Source: Eledone cirrhosa (lineage: Eukaryota). Taken from it: DNA of 64,000 bases. A program made the translations under genes and the position numbers. The stretch lies in NCBI GenBank assembly GCA_964016885.1, contig OZ024743.1, forward strand, positions 343,790,001-343,854,000. The letters run 5' to 3'. The notes beneath the pieces are model-generated. The model did not search any database. It was not told the origin of the DNA and saw nothing but the letters and a program-made list of their open reading frames with translations. This document shows positions 56,688-64,000 of this stretch, piece by piece; positions within the stretch are counted from its first letter, which is position 1; each line of letters opens with the position of its first letter.

Positions 56688-57084
56688 AATCACCGAGGTG
56701 AGGTGATAATGGGGATGTATTTGGTTGTAGTGATAGGGTTATGAGAGCGATTGTATCAGTGGTTCTTAGTTTTGTGTAGCTTATGATATTCATATGGTAC
56801 GCAGTCATTTCAGTTATATCATATTTCTCTAGGTAGGGACCACACAGCCCATTCCGACACAGACAAATACATGCATATGCATATGTGCACACACATACAC
56901 ATAACATTTCTGCATATATATAAACAATATATAGAGAAACACACAGAAACATGCGGACACATACATACACATGAATATATCCACATATATCCCTGAGTTA
57001 GTGGTACCAACCTCAACCGATGTTGCTCTATGAATAACTGGGACAAACCAATCCGAATGGATTAGACTGATTCAGTATCAGAGC

Positions 57085-57522
57085 TATATAATAGATTATG
57101 AAGAGAGAAGAAACATTAGATATAATTAATAATAAGATATATGACACCCAAACTGCCTCTATAGTCCCCGACTACGTAGTTTCGTGGCATATTACGCAAA
57201 AACACTACATCATAGAGATATAGAGTTTTTGTGAGGTCTGCCGACTTATCAAGGGGATACCTCATTAAGGGTTTCAAAACACGTCTGTGATGTGCGAGAT
57301 AGAATCTCGAAAAGGCGGAGGGGGAGTCAATCACATGATACAGCGGTCAAGAAACAGATAAGTCGGCAGACCTCACAAAAACTCTATATCTCTATGATGT
57401 AGTGTTTTTGCATAATATGCCACGAAACTACGTAGTCGGGGACTAAAGAAGCAGTTTGGGTATGATATATCTTATTACTAATTATATCTAATGTTTCTTC
57501 TCTCTTCATAATGTATTATATA
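57085..57522. mobile_element. Foldback element with 166-bp inverted arms and a 106-bp spacer
   Basis: 57085-57250 is the reverse complement of 57357-57522 with only scattered mismatches. Confidence 0.85.
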
Positions 57523-57735
57523 TATATATGTATATATTTATTTAGGTTTGTTGGTTCACCACTAGATAGAGTTGGTCATTCCGTATGGTCATTCTCGATG
57601 TAATATTATGGAGAGTATTCAACGTAGTGCAGCTCACCCGTCTTCGTTTGTGTAGTTGGTGGTGCGAGTACGGAGTTAATTATTATAATAAAATAACAGG
57701 AAGCTGGACTTGTGTAAATCTTTGAAAGGTTTATT

Positions 57736-57793
57736 ATACTATGATCATTTCAATGACCGGGTTCCGTATGAATCCGGTGATATCATCAGGTAT
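57736..57793 (-). ncRNA. Candidate minimal type-I hammerhead ribozyme (Penelope-type), partly degenerate
   Basis: Minus strand AUAC-CUGAUGA-UAUCACCGG[AUUCAUACGGAAC]CCGGUCAUU-GAAA-U(GAUC)AUA-GUAU: core motifs in order, helix I AUAC/GUAU, palindromic loop III, NUH site, followed by AAUAAA. Confidence 0.6.
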
Positions 57794-58269
57794 TCGAAAT
57801 ATAACAAAGGAATATAAAATCCATGGGGCTGAAAATCATAGACAAGAGGACGACCGACCATCTAGCATCTTCTACTTTAGTCGGTCGCCCTCAAGTGTTG
57901 GCTATTCTGTCTACTTATGACCATCTGGTGAGGGGGCGAAAGCTTATAATGTGCTACTACCTCCCTGTCAAAGAGAAAAAAGAAAGAAAGAAAAAAAGAA
58001 AGAAAGAAGAAATAAATAAATAAATAAATAAAGAAAGAAAGAAAGCAAGAAAGAAAGAAGAAAAGTCAGCGTTAAAGTCATGCTACAATCAGGCTAGAAA
58101 TTGCCGCAAAAAATGTTTTTCCAAAGAACCTATATCTTAACAGAGGCATATGTAGTGGGCGTCTGTATGGTACAATGTGTGAACAGAAATTTGGAACGTT
58201 AAACTTATGTTTAGAGTTATAGGATGAAATTAAAAAATTAAAAAAAGTTTAAGGTTTGGGTTACGAGAT

Positions 58270-58390
58270 TTAGTTAAAGAATTTACAGAGAGAGTCTTTT
58301 ATGAAAAAGTTTAAGTGTATTATAGAGATTCTCGATAGGTTCGGGGTGGGATATAGAGTAAAGATTAAGCCCTTGTTTAACAGTCAATAA
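58270..58390 (-). pseudogene. Possible Penelope-like ORF N-terminal fragment
   Basis: LLNKGLIF, then after a frameshift PIENLYNTLKLFHKRLSL, resembling the PLE N-terminal L-x-KGL-x-F...F-x-RRL-x-L motif as I recall it. Confidence 0.45.
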
Positions 58391-59429
58391 CACGCGACGA
58401 CTGCAGACTCCGGTCAGCCCTTCCTAACCACGTGTCAACCGTTCCGAGTGATATCGTCTAGCGAAAGAGATGGAAATTAATTTTTCCGAGTACTCCAGGA
58501 ATGTAACTGTCTTAGGAGTCGGGTGTGTTAGCGGGAAGTCTGCCATCGCCGTCAGGCCATCGCTATACCAAACGAAACTATTAATTCACACAGGAGGGGG
58601 ATTTGTTTACGTGCCAGTAGAAGGAGGCATGATACAGCTAATAGTTATGATTAGGCCTAGAATTTAAAGGTACTATATGGCGGTCAAAACTGGCGGCGCG
58701 GCGGGCCCCGGGGCGAAGCAAACCGCTCCGAGTAATTTCATTTACCGAAAGAAGGGGAAATTTATTTTTCCAAGCACTCAAGGAAGGCTTATGCACCAGA
58801 GCGCCAGGCGTGTAGCCGGGAAAGCCACCACATCAGTCGGATCATCGCGTGTAACCAAACGATTATTATATATACACACCCGTGATGTGAGGTTGAAAGT
58901 GGTAAAACCCGATGAAATGCGCAAATAGACTATATTTAAGTCCCCAGTTAATCCGGGTTATAAGTAGTGTGGTTCCTTGGTGGGTAGGGGGAGATATAAA
59001 GGTACAGAGAGTAATATTCTAGTATCGTGTGCTAATGAGTATAATGATAAGTACATAATGAGAGTAAAGCGAGTAAAAACCTAAATAATACTGACAGACA
59101 CGAGATGTTCAGCAAGTGTTCTTGCTTCCCAGTCGACACCAGTCCCATAGTGTTTATGCATCGTACACGTAGAAAGAATGCATTCCGGTTTCAGGAGTTC
59201 CCAATGTCATACTCCTACAACATATATTTATGTTTTTATTTGAAATGTCTCATCTCTTCGTGGAATCTTTCTCGTACGTTTTTATCGATCTCAGATTTGG
59301 TGTTATCCAGAAGTGACTTTTTTTGGGAGGAGTTAATTAATACGGAATCACCAGAAGGACTGATTAAAAGCCTAGTTATTTGTTTTGGCTTTCTGCGCCT
59401 CGAGTTTATATCACGCCATGATCAAATTT

Positions 59430-59600
59430 ATCTTTCATACTTTCGGGAACGATAAATAATTACCTATGCAGGGCGGTGGATTGGTGAAATTATAAAGAGT
59501 CGGGCGGAATAATTTGCGGCATCTGTTCTGGTTCTTTGCGTTCTGATTTCACATCCTGTCTTGTCACCAAAAAAGGCGGCGATGCTTCCGTAAGAAGTAG
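59430..59600 (+). mobile_element. SINE-derived composite (body fragment followed by head), copy 1
   Basis: CTTTCATACTTTCGGGAACGATAAATAA followed by GGGCGGTGGATTGG...GTTCTGATTTCACATCC; direct repeat of 60838-61010. Confidence 0.7.
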
Positions 59601-59712
59601 CGAAAAGTAGATAGTATCAGCAATGGAAAGACCAAAGGAAACATTGTTTTCTTGGTTTGATCTGACAATCGACTCTTTTACAGTTTTTTCATCGTGCTAG
59701 TATCGTCTATAT

Positions 59713-60395
59713 CACAGGTTCTCAACCCATTTAGGCCAAACGCCCCCTTTTGTCCCTCGAAATCACGAAACGCCCCTCCCCCCTATTTTTCCATTTTTCA
59801 ATATACTATTGATTTTTATATCAGTAGATTACTAAAAAATTGATTAACAATATTCCAAAGTTGTGTGTATTATCTGATTATGTGTTGTATGTGGTCCTAG
59901 ATGTGTGTGCTACTCGCTTCTGTTTTTTCTTTTCTTTTTTTTTTATTTGTAATATTAATTATACAATAGGGAATAAAATAGATCTACATAGTGTTAACTC
60001 GTTGCAGTTGAGTCAATAATTTCAGACATGAAATACATTGTTATCGGTGAAGGAAAGATAAGTGTCTTTGACCCAGTTGACTGTGGGTTTTTCCATTTTT
60101 AGGATCTCAATTCCCGGTTAACGTCTCAATTACCGGACATGCCTGCACACCTGCTCACAGCTGCGGTCAGACTATAGTTATGCAAGCTCATTCAAATGCA
60201 TTCACACTGGCTGTCTCAAAGACATACAAATATGGCTTATAAAACTTACCAAAATAAAGAGCCTTCCAGCGCCCCCTGACCCCCTCCCCCAGCTCCAAAC
60301 GCCCCTCTAACGTGACCTTGCTCCCAAACGCCCCCCCCCCCCTGGAGTTCCGAAACGCCCCCGGGGGTGCATATGCCCCCCGTTGAGAACCTTTG
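59713..60395. mobile_element. hAT (Charlie-like) non-autonomous DNA transposon, 683 bp
   Basis: TIRs CACAGGTTCTCAAC / GTTGAGAACCTTTG (13/14 match); perfect 8-bp TSD GTCTATAT at 59705-59712 and 60396-60403; subterminal AAACGCCCC motifs at both ends. Confidence 0.93.
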
Positions 60396-60413
60396 GTCTA
60401 TATAGTATACTGC

Positions 60414-60735
60414 GGACACAGCATGACCGAATGGTTAAGAAGTTCACTTCGCACCCATTACATCCCAGGTTCGATCCCACTGAGTTTGCATCTTGGGCAA
60501 ATATCATTTATCATAGTCTCGAGCTGACCCAACCCTTGTCAGTGAAATTGGCTAGACGGAAACTGTCTGGGAGCCCGTGGATGGACAGTAACTGTCATTC
60601 AAAAGGCAGCTTTGTCACATACAGTGTCACGCTGAATCTGTGAAATGTTTATCCACTTACATGTTAATTTCATAAGATGGCAGTTCCGTATATTGAACAA
60701 CTAGAACACTCATCTTCGAAACTTACCGAGGTCTC
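60414..60735 (+). mobile_element. tRNA-derived CORE-type SINE
   Basis: A box TGACCGAATGG, B box GGTTCGATCCC, CORE-like CTTGGGCAAAT, then GACGGAAACTG...GCCCGT and a tail. Confidence 0.75.
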
Positions 60736-60837
60736 TCGACACCCACAGATACTCTATTGTAAAGTGGCATGCTAAAATAATTGCTTTTTATGTTCTCTCT
60801 CAGAGAACAGCGTAGTTGAAGATTTGGTTTGTTCTAG

Positions 60838-61010
60838 ATCTTTCATACTTTCGAGATCGATAAATAAAGTACCAATGCACGGCGGTGGATTGGTGAAATT
60901 TTTAAAGAGTCGGACGGAATGATTTGCGGCATCTATTCTGGTTCTTTGCGTTCTGATTTCACATCCTGTCTCTTGTTACCAAAAAGCGGCGAAGCTTTTG
61001 GAAGAAGTAA
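60838..61010 (+). mobile_element. SINE-derived composite, copy 2
   Basis: Direct repeat of 59430-59600 sharing the same body-to-head junction. Confidence 0.7.
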
Positions 61011-61484
61011 ACTAATATTACTATATTACTATACGCTAATATAACCATACAATATATATTTATACAGATATATAACTATGCAAGAATATAACTCTACAAA
61101 CAAATACAGCAAATACAGCAATACAAAGTACGTTAATCTAAGTTTTCAGTAATATAGGCACACATCAATAAAGCAGATAGTATGTTAAACACAAAATATA
61201 TAAATATATAAATATATAAATGAATATAAATACCTTCCTCTCTCTCTTTCATCTCTGGTCTATGTTTTTTAGTCTTTCTCTGTCTCTTCATGTGTTACTA
61301 ACATACTTTATCTCTTTTTCTTTTCTCTTTCCTCATGAAAAAATAATATATAATAGAACCAACCGAACAACCAGCCAACCAACCGACCAACTAAACGACA
61401 ACAAACATAAATAAACATACAAACACAAGCTCTAACATAAAGCAATGTAAAAATAATCAAAAAGAAAAACAAGACAAAAACAAT

Positions 61485-61488
61485 TATA

Positions 61489-61558
<70 letters not shown>

Positions 61559-61672
61559 GATATGTACGTACATACATTCATTCACATACTTACACACACA
61601 CACACACATACACACATACACACACACACACACATATGTATATATCTATATATATCTATATATCTGTATATA

Positions 61673-61738
<66 letters not shown>

Positions 61739-62354
61739 CATACAAACATATATATATAATGTATGTATGTATGTATATATATATATATATATATATGTAT
61801 ATGTATATGTATATGTGTGTGTGTATATAAAATTCAAAAGCAAAAAAAAAAAAAACAAGATGGCGGGGGAAAAAAAAAGCTACCAAAAAACATGGCATCC
61901 AGCTGTGTTGTGTTTTATGTGTTTGACATAGTGTTTCACTCGGAGACCAACTCAAAATTAATGGATGGCGTGAAGGAAAGAAGGAACGAAAGAAAGCAGA
62001 GAAGAAAGAATGAAAAGGAAAGAGAAAAGAAGAAAAGAAAGGAAGAAGGAGAACATTAAAAATTATCTGATTACAATTGATTGGGTTATATTATCCTCGC
62101 TATTGACGTTCTTTTGCAGTAGAAGAAATAGGCGGGAAAGGGTGTTGGTGACGTTCGTTATTGGTAGTTGGGTGTGGTGGTAGAGTCAAGATGGTGGTGA
62201 TGATAGTTTTACGCCTGGCAGTAGTAATAGTAGTGGTGGTAATCATAACGATAAATATAATAATGACGGTGATAGTAATTATGAAATGTGGCCTTATGTT
62301 AGAAACGGTTGTTGTTTTCTTCTTCTTCTTCTTCTTCTTCTTCTTCTTCTTCTT

Positions 62355-62385
<31 letters not shown>

Positions 62386-62457
62386 TTATTATTATTATTA
62401 TTACTACTACGATAATGCAAGGATAATATATAGCATAAAACATAGACATTAACTCAT

Positions 62458-62504
<47 letters not shown>

Positions 62505-62523
62505 TATACATATATACATACAT

Positions 62524-62562
<39 letters not shown>

Positions 62563-62570
62563 TGTATGTA
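61485..62570. repeat. (TA)n/(CA)n tracts, purine-rich low complexity and (CTT)n(ATT)n at 62317-62410
   Basis: Directly visible. Confidence 0.9.
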
Positions 62571-63045
62571 TGTTGGTAGTGTGTGAGTGTGAGTTTGTGT
62601 GTACAGGCATATATAAAGTAAAACAGGCAGAAATGGATATACGAAAGAAAAGTATTGGTGTTGTTGTCAATATTTCATTGTTATGGATAATAAAGGGGCG
62701 AGATAAATATTTAAAGTGGCTTTACTTGCTGTATAGTTTACTTACTATTTTTTGTTTATATTTTGAATGCATGTACAGGATGAGAAATAGGATATTTTGC
62801 AATGGGGTAGAGGTTGAGTCAATGGAAAACGGAAATATGTGTCAAAATTAAGAGTCACTAAAATGGTATGAAATATATTTTGTTAAATTTAAAAGGGGGA
62901 GACCGACGACCGTAATGAAAAAAACAAAAAACAAAAAAACAAAAAAACAAAAAACAAAAACAAAATAAAAATAAAAGACAAAAAATTAAAAGAAATAAAA
63001 TAGAAGAAAGTTTTACAGAAAATAATGATCTCGGTGATGATGGTT

Positions 63046-63257
63046 TTGTTGATTTAGGCACAAGGCTAGCAATTCGGGCGAGGGGAAAGTCAATTAAATC
63101 GACCCCAGTTCGTTACTGGTACTTTATTTTTTGATACCTTAAGGATGAAAGGCAATGTTAACCTCGGCGGGATTTGAACTCAAACCGTAAAGGGCCATAA
63201 CTCTATGCTTCAAAACATGGTGTCCGACACTCTACCGATACTGCCAATCCACCGCCC
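63046..63257 (-). mobile_element. Family 1 SINE, longer and more diverged subfamily
   Basis: Same head and body, plus an extra segment CGGGCGAGGGGAAAGTCAATTAAATCG absent from the other three copies. Confidence 0.88.
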
Positions 63258-63267
63258 TCAATAACAA

Positions 63268-63994
63268 GGGAAGAACGAGAAGGAGCTAAATATACTTGTT
63301 AATGCTGTTCGTATTTTTAGCAATGACATTTGTATGGAATTTGGTATTTATAAGTGTGGAGTCCTAGTGATGAAAGGGGGCAAATTGAAAAGAAGCAAAG
63401 GAATTGAGATACCGACGGGTGAGGCGATAAAGGAGATTGACACCAAGGAAGGATATAGGTATTTGGGTGTCTTGGAAGCAGATAACACGAAGGACAAAAA
63501 CAAAGAAGAGGATAAGGTCTGAATACACAAGGAGAGTGAGAAATGTACTGAAATCTCACTTGAATAGTAGGGATGTCATAAGTGCAATAAATTCCCAAGC
63601 TGTGTCTAATGTTGGGCATAGTGCGGGAATTCTTAAATGGAATGTAAACGAACAGAAAGAACTAGATAGAAAGACGAGGAAATTAATGACTACCTACAGT
63701 GTGTTTCCTGTGTTTCATAAGAGGCGGAATGTTGATAGACTGTACTTAAGGAGAGCTGAAGGCAGGAGAGGTCTTATCAGCGTGGAGGGCAGCGTTCAGA
63801 TGGAGAAAAGAGAATATGTGTCCGTGAGTAACGAGTCAATGCTTAAGGCTGTATTGAAGGAGAAGACAATAGACCAGGGGATGCCCAAGAAGGAAGTAAT
63901 GACGAGGAGGAAGAACAACCTGAATGAAAAAGGCGACTTCTTTAAGAAAAAAGAATTCAGAGATCCGCAGACATGGGGATATGTATATGTTTAA
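63268..63994 (+). pseudogene. R4/Dong-clade non-LTR retrotransposon RT/thumb fragment (frameshift near 63500)
   Basis: KNEKELNILVNAVRIFSNDICMEFGIYKCG...YRYLGVLE / EYTRRVRNVLKSHLNSRDVISAINSQAV...LDRKTRKLMT...H...VDRLYLRRAEGRRGLISVE are characteristic R4/Dong motifs. Confidence 0.9.
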
Positions 63995-64000
63995 AAAATG

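Noticed and set aside
60414-60490. tRNA gene (likewise the heads at ~41000, ~56687 and ~63257)
   Set aside because: A and B boxes are present but there is no complete cloverleaf, and each continues into a SINE body.

Overview
Eukaryotic, repeat-dominated DNA; I can support no intact cellular gene. The SINE families resemble those I recall from octopod cephalopods (inference). Bases 1 to ~40,145 are one G+T-rich, strand-asymmetric satellite that continues beyond the left edge. It is built hierarchically: 9-mers form 18-mer blocks and anchored 9n+1 monomers, these form 13 higher-order units of 2.1-3.1 kb, and these include a 13,205-bp near-identical duplication. The array grades into older, unordered 18-mer sequence at its right edge. 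All poly-Val, GCVGSG, poly-Thr and YIYI/HTHT ORFs in the track are by-products of repeats. Bases ~40,150-64,000 hold microsatellites and transposon relics: tRNA-derived SINEs (one with a 16-bp TSD), a hAT/Charlie MITE with a perfect 8-bp TSD, Tigger/Tc2/Tc1-like MITEs, a non-autonomous Helitron that splits an RTE ORF exactly at an A|T site, Penelope-like fragments, an R4/Dong LINE fragment and a 166-bp-arm foldback. The most notable items are the satellite architecture, a candidate minimal type-I hammerhead ribozyme (57736-57793, minus), a tandem array of transposon termini, and repeated short inversions flanking (TA)n tracts. I found no convincing new protein-coding system.
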